A stretch of 64,000 nucleotides of DNA from the NCBI GenBank assembly GCA_965153285.1, contig OZ229113.1; one strand, 5' to 3'. Position numbers and translations under genes: made by a program. The notes beneath the pieces are model-generated. The model searched no databases. It had not been told where the DNA came from and saw only the letters and a list, made by a program, of their open reading frames with translations. This document shows, piece by piece, positions 23,620-36,381 of the stretch; the first letter of the stretch is position 1, and each line of letters starts with the position of its first letter. Source of the stretch: Podarcis tiliguerta (Eukaryota).

Positions 23620-23880
23620 ATTGGGATACATCATGCTGGCAGTGTTATAATACTTTAAAAGGATGTCAGAAAGAGGAGGGAAAGTGATTGTCCACCATAT
23701 CCACTAAGCCTAGAATTGTGGATTTAAATTACAGGAGATCAGATTGCTGGCTTGAGAATGCATTTATGAAATCCCCCTTTCTTAGGGATTTCTTAGAAAA
23801 GACTGAACAGGCATTGGGCAGTGTTAGGAAATTTTAGACGTCTAATAGTCTTAGGAAGGGTCCTTCTCTTTAGCACAGTA
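23620..23880 (+). mobile_element. Old CR1 3' fragment
   Basis: Degenerate match to the CR1 ORF2 end (..KGCQKEEG..L.., ..GFKLQE.R..) followed by a UTR-like segment. Confidence 0.5.
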
Positions 23881-25723
23881 TCCAGGCTCTTTCAACTGTG
23901 ATTCTGGAGAACTTCACACATGGAGGTGCTAAGCTTCTAGGGATAAATTATATTGCCATTAGGAATGCTTGAGAAATTAGATTGCAAGAAGATGAGGAAA
24001 GTAACAAAGAGACTATCTGGACAGAACTGGATTGAACTGTTTAATTAAAGCAGCAACATGAGTGATGTTTGGTCCTTTTTCAGAGCTTGATGTATGGGTA
24101 CCCCCAACAAAAATTTAAAAATCTGGCTGTATAATTTGGAATTAATGTGATTTGGAATTAATGAGATTTGATTGGCCTGTTAATAAAAATTATATTTTTT
24201 AAAAAAAGAGAAATTAGATTGCTTTGAATTCTGATGCAGACTGACCTGATCTGGGCTTCCTAGGTGAATGTGTACATTGGAACATAATTATATTTCAGAT
24301 TTCACACCTCTTAGCTCAAAACCATGTACCAAAATGATATTTTAAGATAAAATACTTTAGAAATGTGTATATATTGTAAAATAAGTTTGTAAATAATGTA
24401 TTTTGGTATAAAATACCAAAATACTTAAACCTGTTGTTTTGTGGATTTTGCTAAACGATACTTGCAGATTAATGCAATGCAGCAGACTTATGACTGAACA
24501 CATGGTAAATTGACACCGGCCAGAAATAGACTGATCTATCCAACCTTAATTAACATCAGTATTTGTGGAAGACCAGAGTTTATTCAAAAGAGTTTCCAAG
24601 GAGCAAAATCATCAATTACCTCTTCTCTCAGTTCAACATAGTCCTTCATATAACTCCAGGAATAAGACAGTGATATTAAAAGCAATTTAGGTGATGACTC
24701 CTGTTTTCTCTTAGTACACTGTTTGAAAAGGAAGGTGAGAGATTTGATGAAAACACTGCAGCTGTGAAAAGCTGAAACATAAGAAACTGCAAGGAAACTG
24801 AAATCACAAGAAAGGGGGAAATGAATGGGAGGGACTTACGAAAGAAGGAAAAGAATAGCAAAAGGGGGAAGATGGACTGAAACCATTTTTTTTTAATAGG
24901 AAAAAAAATCTTCCTAGGCAAGACAAATGTCAAATGTTAAACCCCCCTATAAATGTCTTAGGAAATGCATATTGATCATCATGTATGAGATAGGCAAGGG
25001 CCATTAATCAAAGAACAAATGAAAGAAGTGTTTTTCAGTCCTCTGAATGCAAGAATAGATCTTTATTGTTCTTCACTTGCTTTCTGGGCCATTTACACAT
25101 AAGGGATCAAAGGAAAACTGTTTCCGTCTTACATCTCCCACTCGCCACTCCCTCCTCTGTGCCCACTCTTTAGATGCATGATGAAAGATTTTGAAAAAAT
25201 AATAACCATTAAGAAACTAGCTACCTCTGCTGAACCAATAGTGATCTTTTCCTTGAGCAGAGCTGTCTGAGTCCACTTCCCTTTCCTTTAATGCTGTTAG
25301 ACATACACCACTGGTGCCCCAAGCATGATATAATGAGAAAAGGAACAAGGAATCAGACTCCCACCTCCCTCAACCTACCCGTTTTTACTTATCTCCATAT
25401 TTCTGAGCTGCACCAGCTGCCTGGCACATTTTTTTTCCCAGCTGGAAACCACCAGACTGTCTGACATTCATTGGATTTGGCAGATTAATAGAGGCAGATG
25501 CTCCTGGACATGTTGGACACTCATTCCTTTTGTTTCATTTCCTTTAATGTTGCAGAACATGGATAAGTGAGACAATGAATATTTTATTCATATACCTTTA
25601 AGGGCATTCCTATCCGCCTACAGCGATAGCTTTCAAAGAGTGAGGTACGTCTCCTGGGACCCTGTAGATCAGAGCTGGGGAACCTGGGGCCCTCAAGATG
25701 TGTTGGTCTGCAACTCCCATTAG

Positions 25724-26219
25724 CATAGCTGCCAACTTACAGATTTGAAAATAAGGGACCAGCAGCCTCGAAAATAAGGGATCATCAGCCAAAATAAGGG
25801 ATTTTCCAAGCACAGGTATGTTCAACTTCTGAGCCCCTTCAAGCCAAAGGCAGAAAGCCCAGCCAGCAGCCAAACATAGCTTCAAGCGGTGGTTCCCACA
25901 GCGCAGCAACCCGGCAAAGGGATACAGCAGGGAAGCGCTGAAGCAAAGGCGAGTCCCCAGACAACGCGGCCGATTGGATTGGCACAAGGCATGCAAGCTC
26001 CACCACCCAGTCATTCTTAGACTCCTTATTGGGTGAGCAACGCAGCCAAGCAACACAGTTGGAGCCTCCCTCCTCCCTGGTCGGCAGGGAGGGAGGGAGA
26101 GGAGCTGCTTCCTTTGAAACCTGGGAAATTCAAGGGACATCATCAATAAGGGACAGCAGCAGGACACGGCGCTGGGATAAGGGACTTTCCCACCAAATGT
26201 GGGGCGGTTGATAGCTATG
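25724..26219. mobile_element. hAT (Tip100-like) non-autonomous element nested in a short hAT MITE (25669-26299)
   Basis: TIRs catagctgccaac / gttgatagctatg; perfect 8-bp TSD cccattag (25716-25723 / 26220-26227); five subterminal ATAAGGGA motifs. Confidence 0.9.
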
Positions 26220-26447
26220 CCCATTAGCCACAGCCAGAATGGCAAATGGTCAAGGATAATCAGAGTTGTAGAGCAGGATCTGACGGTCCACATCCCTGGT
26301 CTAGACAAATGCTAGAAGGGATGGGAGCTTCTTGACACACATATCTTTATCAAAAATCCTGGGGGAAAGAAAAGTATTTCCCTGGTGCCTTAAAAAAAAA
26401 AAAAAGATAAAGGAGGAGCCAGGCATGCTTTCCTGGGAAGAGTATTT

Positions 26448-26790
26448 TAAAGGACCCCTGGATGGTTAAGTCCAGTCAAAGGCGACTATGGGGTTGCGGA
26501 GCTCATCTTGCTTTCAGGCTGTCCAGTCAGCTTTCCAGGTCATGTGGCCAGCATGACTAAACCACTTCTGGCGCAATGGAACACCGTGACAGAAACCAGA
26601 GTGCACGGAAACACAGTTTACTTTCCACCGCAGCAGTACCTATTTATCCATGTGCAGTGGTCTGCTTTTGAACTACTAGCTAGGACAGAGCACTGGGAGC
26701 TCACTCTGTCACGGGGATTCGAACCAACGACCTTCTGATTAGCAAGCCCAAGAGGCTCAGTGGTTTAGACCACAGTGCTACCCTCGTCCC
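26448..26790 (-). mobile_element. Sauria SINE (Squam1), older subfamily
   Basis: Head gggacgagggtagcactgtgg, B box ggttcgaatcc, tail ...ggggtccttta. Confidence 0.9.
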
Positions 26791-27383
26791 ATAACAGCAT
26801 TCTACAGGCATATAATTCTACTAGCATTTTCTTAAGGCACACAGAGACAGCTGGATGCTAAAATAATCTGGTAAGGTTACCTCTCCCCCCCCCCATAGTG
26901 GTAGTAACATAAATTGTGGAATAGCAATCCTACACCATCCTAAGTAAAGGTGACTCACTGAATTTCTAATATGCTACTTTTTTTTACTGAATTGTGTTTG
27001 AGCATAGAACAAGAAATGTCGTATAGCAGGAAATGTTCAAAGGTTAGTAAGAGTGAAGTCACTGTATGTGGATATTAGCTTGCACTAACCAACATAGTTT
27101 AAGCAGCAAAATATGTCTGAGTTTTCCCAGGCAAGTTGATGATCTCTGAGAGCATGAACCATATGTCTCATATTATACACAGGGAAGATGTAGGATGATG
27201 TCTCTGATCTCAATTGCTGAAGCAATAGAGCCTCTAAGACTGTCACCCACACACACATTGACTGGTATACCCAGGTCAGCGAGGCTCATTTGCGTCTGAT
27301 TGGCACCACAGATAAGCCACTTGATGAATAAGAGTTTCTGATTCAGGGCCAGAGGTATACTTCTTGACCCAGAAATAAATTCA

Positions 27384-27415
<32 letters not shown>
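27384..27415. repeat. (CAT)n microsatellite
   Basis: Tandem cat repeats, seen directly. Confidence 0.95.
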
Positions 27416-27751
27416 TGCTTTTGCTGTTTAGAATGGCTGTACAGTAGTTCTGTGTGGGATATCAAACATTCCAGAGGAAAGGCATACTTGGATTAACATA
27501 GATGCATTAAGGAATTAAGAAATGCAAAAACTCACTATGTAGCTTTTGACAAGCCATTACCATATCTTTCAGCCTCAGTCTCCATCTTCAAAATTGGTAT
27601 AATAATTCTGAATTATCTTACTGAAATTATTACAGAGATAACATACACGAAATACTCTGAATACTCTGAAATACTTAAACAAATGCTGTCTACGACTAAT
27701 AGGGAAATACACACCCTTCTTTCAAAGTGAAGCAGGCTCAAGAACTTAGAA

Positions 27752-27880
27752 TCTGAAGGCAGCCCTGTTTCGGGAAGTTTTTAATGTTTAATGCTATATT
27801 GTGTTTCTAATATTTGGTTGGAAGCCGCCCAGAGTGGCTGGGAAAACCCAGCCAGATGGGTGGGGTATAAATTATTATTA
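27752..27880 (+). mobile_element. L2 LINE extreme 3' end
   Basis: ctgaaggcagccctgtttcgggaagtttttaatg...gccgcccagagtggctggg...gggtggggtataaat(tat)n; same tail as the copies at 41862 and 48664. Confidence 0.85.
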
Positions 27881-27931
27881 TATTTGATATTAGCCACCCT
27901 GAGCCTGGTTTCAGCTGGGGGTGGGATTATT

Positions 27932-27996
27932 TGGAATACTTAAGCCTAATTCTCCATTCTGCATTACAGAATGGAGAATTAGGCTTAAGTATTCCA
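27932..27996. repeat. Perfect inverted repeat: 30-bp stem, 5-nt loop
   Basis: tggaatacttaagcctaattctccattctg (27932-27961) - catta - cagaatggagaattaggcttaagtattcca (27967-27996); followed by (aat)n(aac)n. Confidence 0.95.
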
Positions 27997-28495
27997 GATA
28001 ATAATAATAATAATAATAACAACAACAACAATAATAATTGATAATACTAATTCATTGATAATGAAGCTCTCCTTCAACCCAAGAGTAATTTACTATTGAT
28101 TGAAATTATCTTTAAAGGCTCCCTATTGTTCCACCTGTCTCTCCCAAGTTAAGAACCTAATTCTGAGCTTTAGTTTCTGATTCTTCAAAGCAGCCAACCT
28201 TATTACCCATCTTACATCAACGTTTATCAAAGGCTTCAACTTGTTTTCAAACCTTTCATCAGTATCTCCATGGATAAGCTGCTTCTTCCTGCCCTTTGAT
28301 GTGTTTTTTCCCCTCTCAAAGGCAATCTTCCAGAAAGCAATTAATTTTTCTATTCAGTTGCTTGACTAATGTTCAGTTTACCCTGCCTTGCTATGTGCAC
28401 AACTGATCATATATGTGTGGTAGGTCTTGAACTCACTTGCCCTTCTCCACTATGCCTAGGACCTCTTGTACAGAAACCTTCATTGTTTAGGGCCA

Positions 28496-28729
28496 GGTAA
28501 AAGGTAAAGGACTCCTGGATGGTTAAGTCCAGTCAAAGGTGACTATGGGGTTGCAGTGCTCCTCTCGCTTTCAGGCCAAGGGAGCTGGTGTGCTTCTGAA
28601 CTGCTAGGTTGGCAGGAGCTGGGACAGAGCAACGGGAGCTCACTCCGTTGCAGGGATTCGAACCGCTGACCTTCCAATTGGCAAGCCCAAGAGGCTCAGT
28701 GGTTTAGACCACACCACCACCCGCGTCCC
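28496..28729 (-). mobile_element. Sauria SINE with internal deletion
   Basis: Head gggacgcgggtgg, B box and acctt tail present; roughly 120 bp of the middle missing relative to the 26448 copy. Confidence 0.9.
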
Positions 28730-29679
28730 TTGTAGGGGTAGGTACAGCCCAAAACACATTTTGAATCCAGTCCACAGCCTCTCTTTCTTGTTCTTGCCTT
28801 CCATGCCACACTTGGGAAGGGCAGAGGGAATGCTTCATTCAATCCAAGACCCTTGTGTCTAAACAATTAGGCCTTACTCATGTGGCCATTCTACCACTTT
28901 TTACAGCTCAAGTTACCATCTCCATGCCTGGACAGACTGTTAATAGGTTCTAAGGGCCTGCCTATCCTTCATCTCAAGGTGGATTGTGAACCTCTTGTGG
29001 CTCCTTTAACTCTACCTCATCCAAGAGGTGTTCTCCAACTACCACTGTTCCCTACCCTCCAACTTCTTGAGTCTCAAAACTGGAATGTGTGTCTTCCTGC
29101 CTATGCTCCCATGCAAGATCACAGAGCCCCAGACATGTGCTTTTTCAGGGATGTCTCATTTCCCCCCAGGAAATTTGCGGGGTACGCAATTCCACACTTT
29201 CTCTTCCCTAAATCCATAGATTTCTTATGCTTTGAAGATCTGAATAGGAGAGTTGCACTGATTGCAAATGGCATATATATGGGTATTGCGAGAGGGCTGT
29301 TGCATATTTCTTATTTTTTTTTTGAAGGGAGGAATATGATTTAGCAAAATCAGAGTGCCTGCTGTTTGAATCTATTCAATGTTACATTGCAAAAAAAGGC
29401 AGCATATTAAGAGCAATCAAGTTGATAGCTTTTATTGTATCTTTCTGTACTATCTGTAGTAAAGCAGTATTTCCTCCTTTTATTGATTCTATCATCTGAC
29501 AATTGGCACAAAATTACACCAACAGAGAATTTTAACATAAATATATTGATATACATGTGATTTAGGCTCTCATTAACACAATGACATTCGTTTTTCCTAT
29601 TTTGTTTATTTTCAGTTGTTGTGAAATATTATTAGCACAGGTATGTCCTTGTTTTCAAAGAGATTTGTTCCTTGTTGTT

Positions 29680-29735
29680 GTTGTTTAGTCATTTAGTCGT
29701 GTCCGACTCTTCGTGACCCCATGGACTAGAGCACG
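29680..29735 (-). mobile_element. Ultra-short (~56 bp) 5'-truncated Bov-B
   Basis: Matches the last bases of Bov-B (gcacg...catggggtcacgaagagtcggacacgactaa on the minus strand); TSD ccttgttgtt (29670-29679 / 29736-29745). Confidence 0.9.
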
Positions 29736-31195
29736 CCTTGTTGTTAGATGGGCCCATTTCATTATTTCTACCAAAGGTCACTCAATAAGTTGACTAGAAA
29801 GAGAGAGGGGCACTCCTCAGGACTAATTGTATGTAAGCTAAAATGGGAAAGAGGGAAAGGGGAGGAAAAACCTGTTGGGTACACATAACAACATGCAGCA
29901 CCAGATTTAGGGTGGTGTGGGTGGTTCCCCTCCACAGGGTGCCAAGCCAAGGGAGCGTAAAATTGAGAAGAACCATAATTAAGAAGATCCATTTTGGGAC
30001 ACCCAAATTTTGGCCTTCCACAGGGCGCCATATTATGAAAGATTACCAAAGTCTGCCCCTGACACCATTGGTGGAGCCTGTGACACGGGCTAACTCCACT
30101 GTCAGCCCTTCATGCAGCTAACATGTGAATAGGGATACCATTATCACTACATTTAAAGACAGGAAAAAATGCATGTTTAGATTATACTTCAAATACACTT
30201 GCCAAGTCAACTCATGATGTTATATTATTTATCCCATCTCCCCAAAAGCTGTTTTGTGTCAAGAGAGAGCAAACTTGCTCTTGTATTCCTATTGACAAGA
30301 AGACCCCGTCATTTCTATTCACGGTTCATTGTGCTCCCCATGAGATTTATGAAATATAAACACATCAATCAGAAACCATCTGCTAGCCCTTTAGTTTATT
30401 TTTATTTATTTATTTTTTAAACAAGACTTGCAAGTCTGATAGGAATGCGCACCTTGAAAAGACTTGGAAGATATTCTGCTGTCTGTCCATTGCATTGCAC
30501 TGCCCATATGCCATTTCAATGGTTTCTTGAAGTAAATGTACATTGTGAGAGGTTAAATTTATACAGGTGAATTGTCAAGCTAAAATTGACATAAAGGTAT
30601 CTGATAAAAAATTGATCCTCAGTAGCAAACAAAAAGAGTCTTCAGTGTCAGGGATAAACTTCTTGACACTCACTATTCTGACAAAGACATTGTGGGCTGT
30701 GTTGCCAACTTAATTAGTGCACTATTACTTGTTTGTGTGTCCCCATCTGCAAAATTTTATCTCTGAGGGGCAGCCATCATCAATCCCCTCCAGAGTTGTT
30801 TTCAGAACCATCCATTGTGGCTCTTCTGATTACCAACCATGGGGCATTTGTTTTCTCCTTCGGCACAGATGGGTAAGTGGGAAGGAGGGGGAGTTTCTGC
30901 CCCCCTGTTTTGTGGATGGGTCATTAGGTCCACCCTTTAATTATCATATTATGCACAGGGCACAGATGCTTTTGTATTACTATGGGGTTTTTTGTTTTAG
31001 AAGACACTACATAAATTATTTATACTAAAAATTTGTCTCAGACCATCTGTAACGCTAGACTGAGTTTAACGAGTAGGATTTTTTACTCTTATTGAATTAT
31101 AAGCATGTATCTTCTCAAAGTGGAGAATTCCACGAGGGGCTCTTCTGCGGAAGAAAGCAAGCATAATATAGCTGCATCTTTCTGTCTGTCTGTCT

Positions 31196-31198
31196 TTT

Positions 31199-31246
<48 letters not shown>

Positions 31247-31248
31247 TC
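31196..31248. repeat. (TTTC)n microsatellite
   Basis: Seen directly. Confidence 0.95.
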
Positions 31249-32137
31249 CTATTTCTGAATGGCATTTTCATCCACACATGGATTGCAGCACAGTGCACGT
31301 AAAAAAGCAAATATCCATACAATTCTAAAAAGAAACAATAAAAAAAATCAAAACACAGTATCTAAAGTAACAAAGAAAGTACTATTCAACCTGCCGTACA
31401 ATGGGTTTTTTAAAAAAGATTGGGCAAATAACACCATTACATTTGGTGATGTGAAAGAGTTCTGTCAAACGCAAACCACGATAAAGGTGATGTGCATCCT
31501 TAACTTCTTGGGTTTTGTGTAGTTGCAATAGTACAAAGGATAAGTGTGTTCAGTTCTTGTCCTTTGGGTTACAACAGGCTACAAAGGCTCTTTTCATTTT
31601 ATCTTGAGATGTATTTGTGCATTTTAAAATGTTGCATTCCATTTCACCACCATGCCTCTGCACTATTAAAAGGATTGCCTTTTAAGCGAGTTGTGAGGTA
31701 ACATTTTTCTTCAGAGAGAAAAAATGTAATGAAAAATCCACATAGTTCTCCACAGAAAGCTCTGAGGGCCTGTTATGTGATTCCCACAATAATTCATAAA
31801 CAAATCTTGCAAAATCCAAGTACGTTTTTCAATCCATCCATTTTCTTCAATGTGCATTTCTCTTTGGAGTAAACATATTTCATTGGACCAAACATTTGTA
31901 AAAGTTTGAAGAGGGAAAAGAGGGGAAAGAAGGAAATAAATATCTATTGACGACTGGTGTGTTAACAAAGTTTGTTCTATCAACTTCAACCAAGATATCT
32001 CCTAAATGTGACTTTTACAGAGGGCTTTTTTTCATCCTGAATTCACCAGAACCTCTTTGGTACGTTCCAGCACCCTGTTCCTAGAGGCTGTGTGTCAGAG
32101 GCTGTGTGTGGATGGGTGAAGAAGAGAAACCTTTTTA

Positions 32138-32394
32138 GATGATGATGAAGAAGAAGAGTTTGGATTTGATGTCCCGCTTTATCACTACCCAAAGGAGTCT
32201 CAAAGAGGCTAACATTCTCCTTTCCCTTCCTCCCCCACAACAAACACTCTGTGAGGTGAGTGAGGCTGAGAGACTTCAGAGAAGTGTGACTAGCCCAAGG
32301 TCACCCAGCAGCTGCATGTGGAGGAGCGGAGACGCGAACCCAGTTCCCCAGATTACGAGTCCACCGCTCTTAACCACTACACCACACTGGCTCT
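32138..32394 (-). mobile_element. tRNA-derived CORE-type SINE (Squam3-like) with (CTT)n tail
   Basis: Minus-strand head GAGCCAGTGTGGTGTAGTGGTTAAGAGC, B box GGTTCGCGTCTCC, CORE-like gggtgaccttgggctagtcac, tail ...CCAAACTCTTCTTCTTC. Confidence 0.88.
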
Positions 32395-34274
32395 TAGAGG
32401 GCTAGCTCCTCTAAGAAAAGCTCAACAAGTTCCATAAAAACTCTGCTTTTACAGAATACAAGCTGACAACTGTTTGCATTAAAAGGAAGTATATATGCAC
32501 CTCTAATGTCAGTCTTTGAATTTCAGCCCACAACCCTCGCTTGCTCCTGCTTAATCAAGTGGCGGCCTTTGGGCACCCTGTGTGATGCCAAAAATTGGTC
32601 CCCTCCCTCCTCTTGCCCTCCTTGGGTCATTGTTGTTGCAGCATCCCCTGCGGTGCCCTCTTGTCTCAGTGCCTCTGTGGCCGAACTGGTCACACTCCCC
32701 TAAAACTGCCTATGGCTTCATCTTCGCAGCCACAAAAAAGTATAGGATGCTGATTAATTGTGTGGCCATTCAGGGCACACCACCAGCAGTTTATGAAGCT
32801 CTTACAGGAAACTTCTATCTTGGAAGATAGGTTCATGACATAGCCTTGGGAAACCTTGGGCTCATTGTGCACAGTAATTCTCATGTTCATAGAACTGGCT
32901 ATACGTGCATCCTGGGTAAATGCATGGTAATAGGGAATGCTTCAGTCTGCTAACCTTTTATTTCAGACTTCAAAGACCTGTGCAAGGACATCAGCTTCTC
33001 TTTTATATCTTGGTAAAGAGGAAGAAACATAATACAGTCTAGTTTCTTATTTAAATTTGTCCATTAAAAATGTGCCGTGTTTCCTTCCCTTTAGCTAAAG
33101 GATCAGATGGTTCTCTTCCGGCACTAGCTTAAAAAGAAAATTCAGGATTTAAAGCTCTTCAAAGGCATTGTCCTGGGTGTGAACTAAATGGAAAGGGATC
33201 AGGGTCAGAACTTTGAGGCTGAATGAAGCATAATAGGTTTGAGGGTTGTTGTTTCAGTTTATATGGTCGGTATCCTTTTTGCATCTAATCAGTGTGTGGA
33301 ATGAGCTGAAGAGAGGTTTGAATCTGTATCTTTGTACTATCAATCAAAAGATGCCCGATGTCTAATACTTTGTGTATTATCTTGGCAGAGATTTCATTTC
33401 ACTAGATAACAAGCCATTAGCACAACCTTACCGTGCAATTTGTCACACTTTGTGTGTGCGTGCATGTGCTTTATCTCACAGAGATCTCATCTTTCCCAGC
33501 CCGTTTCTAGCTGTAGTTCACAAACAGCGTGATAATGATGGAAATCACAAAAGGAGCAGCTAATGGCTGCAGCCGCTATTATGGACCTGATTTCCACACG
33601 CTCAGCAGGACCCGAAACATTAAAGCGAGCCTAGTTAAAGAGGTATGTTGCTGCAGCTGTGGCTGAAGATTTGGGCAGCTTATCTCTAGCATCAATCCGG
33701 TCTCAAAACTCTGATTGTGAGGTCTGTAGAGTGCATCTTGCAAGGAATTCAAATGCCCTTTAATTCCCAACAGAAATTCAGGGATGCTAATAAGAGTCTC
33801 CTCTTTTTAAAAAAACAAAAATAAAACACACACCCTTGATAAACAAAGATTGTTACTGCAGTTCTGGTTCAGGCATGCCCTGTTAGCAATGTAAGCAGAC
33901 TTGGCTTCCATTATGTCAATGGAGAGAAAGGAACATCGTTTACAATCTACATCTGTAATGCCTGGATGCTATGGGACTGAGGTTCAGTTTATATGCGTCT
34001 CTTTTAAAAATGTGTTCTAGGGATACATTTTTAAACTTTGCTGCAGTCCAGCCATGTGAAAGATTCTAGCATAGCTATGGAGCACTTCCTTTGCTTGCAG
34101 GAGGTCTATGGTTCAATCCCTGGTATGTCCCAAGCAGAGGTGAGGAAGCCTTCTTCTTGAAACCACAGGCAGCTGGAGAAAATGCACACTTAGATGGACA
34201 AAAGGGTGAATTTGGTATACTGGACTTGGTATATACAATGGCTATCAAAGACTACTAGCCATGTTGACTATGGG

Positions 34275-34458
34275 TGGATCTACACACAGGAAAAAATGCT
34301 ACAAATAAGTCAGAAATTAAATAGTTATAACAGAAGGAAAAAACACTATGTAAAAATCACATAGGATTTTTTTTTGCTCTCTGGCGCCATCTGATGTTGC
34401 ATGTTTATAATGAATTCAAAACGTTGGGTTGTGTTTTTTTACTAATGTAGCTAAGTCC
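34275..34458. mobile_element. Probable MITE interrupting a CR1 3' end
   Basis: CR1 sequence ...ctactagccatgttgactatg (34240-34272) resumes at gctgtgcctccacc (~34461); the insert has loose inverted ends ggatctacac / aatgtagctaagtcc. Confidence 0.45.
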
Positions 34459-34459
34459 A

Positions 34460-34660
34460 TAGCTGTGCCTCCACCGTCATCTGCAGTAATGCTTCTGAAT
34501 ATCATTTGCTGGAAAGCACAGGACAGGAGAGTGCTCTTGGCTTGGGTTCCTGCTTGTGGCTTTTCTGCAGACATGTGGTTTGCCACTTTGAGTACAGGAT
34601 ACTGAGCTTGATGGGCCATTGGCCTGAACCAGCAGACTCCTTTTCTGTTCTTATGTTCTT
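34460..34660 (+). mobile_element. CR1 LINE 3' UTR
   Basis: gcagtaatgcttctgaat...gatgggccattggcctgaaccagcag...gttcttatgttctta. Confidence 0.75.
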
Positions 34661-34749
34661 AATTACAGCAGTCTCTAAGTGTAGAAACTTAGTGCAATGA
34701 AGAGAGAGAGAGAGCGCTATGACTATAAAATCAGAATTCTGCTGGAATT

Positions 34750-35060
34750 AAAAAGCCTTTGGTAGATGCCATAAGTTCATCAGGGAGCAGGCCTGTCTAA
34801 CTTCAAATGGAAGGGAGTTCCACAAAATTGGGTCCACAATACTGAACACCTGGCTCCTTCTGGATACAAATGATGCATCTGAGCCATGGGGGTCTGCTAA
34901 CAGTGACTCCCCCCTCCCCTCCCCACCCCACCAAAATGAGCAGGGATACAAGGGATTAGCTGGTCCCTGAAGTATCCTGGGCCCAAGTTGTTCAATGCCT
35001 TGTAAATTAATACAAAACCCTTGAATATGACACAGTAGCATATGGGCAGCCAGTGCGTGG
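34750..35060 (-). mobile_element. Old L2 ORF2 C-terminal fragment
   Basis: HWLPICYCVIFKGFVLIYKALNNLGPGYFRDQL and RSQVFSIVDPILWNSLPFEVRQA, typical L2 C-terminal motifs. Confidence 0.8.
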
Positions 35061-36381
35061 CTATTAAACTTAGAAAAAGGCTCCTGTTGCCACCTCCTTC
35101 TCCCAAGCATGGATGACTACAAACACGCAACATTATGCTCCCATCTTCTTGCCAATGAAAAAACACGTTTTCCTCATGTTCCAAAAGCTATCTCAGCCCT
35201 CAGTTCAGATGCTGACGCTGTGCTTCTTCATATCCTCAGGAACTGATAAGCTACCTGAGTTGTTCATGGCAACAATAATTCTCAAGGTCACGGGCAATGT
35301 GTTCTCTCACCTTGGCCTGCTTTCCTACTCAGCACTGTTTGACAGCTGCATGCCGGTGTATGCAGGGACAGGCTGAATTTCAAACACTTGGGCTGTAAAC
35401 TGTAGTGGGATTTCAAGGACGTTTTCTGGTGGTGCTCACTTGTGCCTTTGAGCTCAGGACAAGAAAAAGTAGCTGAACACCACTAACTTTTCTATTTTAT
35501 GCTGTTGGAATATCTAATTACTCATTTCATTCAAATCTGATCTTCAGACTCTAAAGCCTCAGAAAAAAGCTCTGAAAATGCTGCAATCCCCAATTCTATT
35601 AGCGTTGGCCATGATGCTAAAAGAGACAAGCACCTGTTTTCTGGGTGCACCCAATTTTACTTTACCCTTTTAATATATATTTGCAGTGTGTTCTTTTCAG
35701 AAGCATTTTCCCCAGCACTTTTCCCCTGCTGCTTGATGGTGGAGGCATCATTGTATCTTTGAGTATTTTACCCTTGGAGCAAAACACATTTTAAGTATAA
35801 GCCTATACATGTCTACTCACAGGAAAGGCCTGCAGGATTCAATGGGACATGATCCCAAGTAAATGAGCATCAAACTGGACCCCTAGTCATGATAGTTTTT
35901 GCAGCGTGGCTCTCTTTACGCTGCTTTAAAACCACACGGCCCTTGGTAAAATGGTGCCTTCAGCACTATGAAGGAATGGTGCTATTTGGCCATTTTGTAT
36001 TGGCTTTTAGTCATGTAATTGTTTTCTGTTGAGAGGCTGTTCTTGCTAGGGGGTCCAAAAGAAAAAGGCTCCATGGGTCCTTGCCTTGCCCTGCCATATT
36101 GAAAGAATGCATGAGGGACTAGCGCCATGCCTCCAAATGGTGTTAGTCCACATGGTACCATGTTTTCCCTCACACATTATTTCAGTGAAAGGGGGGGCGT
36201 GTTATATACGGTCAGCTTAGCAGATTTAAGTTCATGGGAGAGGAGGAAAGAAATCTAGATAATAAGGGAAACAGAGACTTAGCAAAACTCTACCGCCATT
36301 CAGATTTGCTAGGAGGTTGGGTAGTAAAATTGTCAAATGGAGAGTGAAAGAGATAGGTATCAGGAGAAAGAAGCCAGGATA

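Noticed and set aside
25610-26308. 232-aa minus-strand ORF, possible transposase
   Set aside because: It spans nested non-autonomous hAT elements and shows no transposase motifs.
28880-29344. 154-aa ORF
   Set aside because: No recognisable host protein. An alternate frame (LCSHARSQSPRHVLFQGC) resembles a decayed LINE C-terminal zinc knuckle, but too weakly to annotate.
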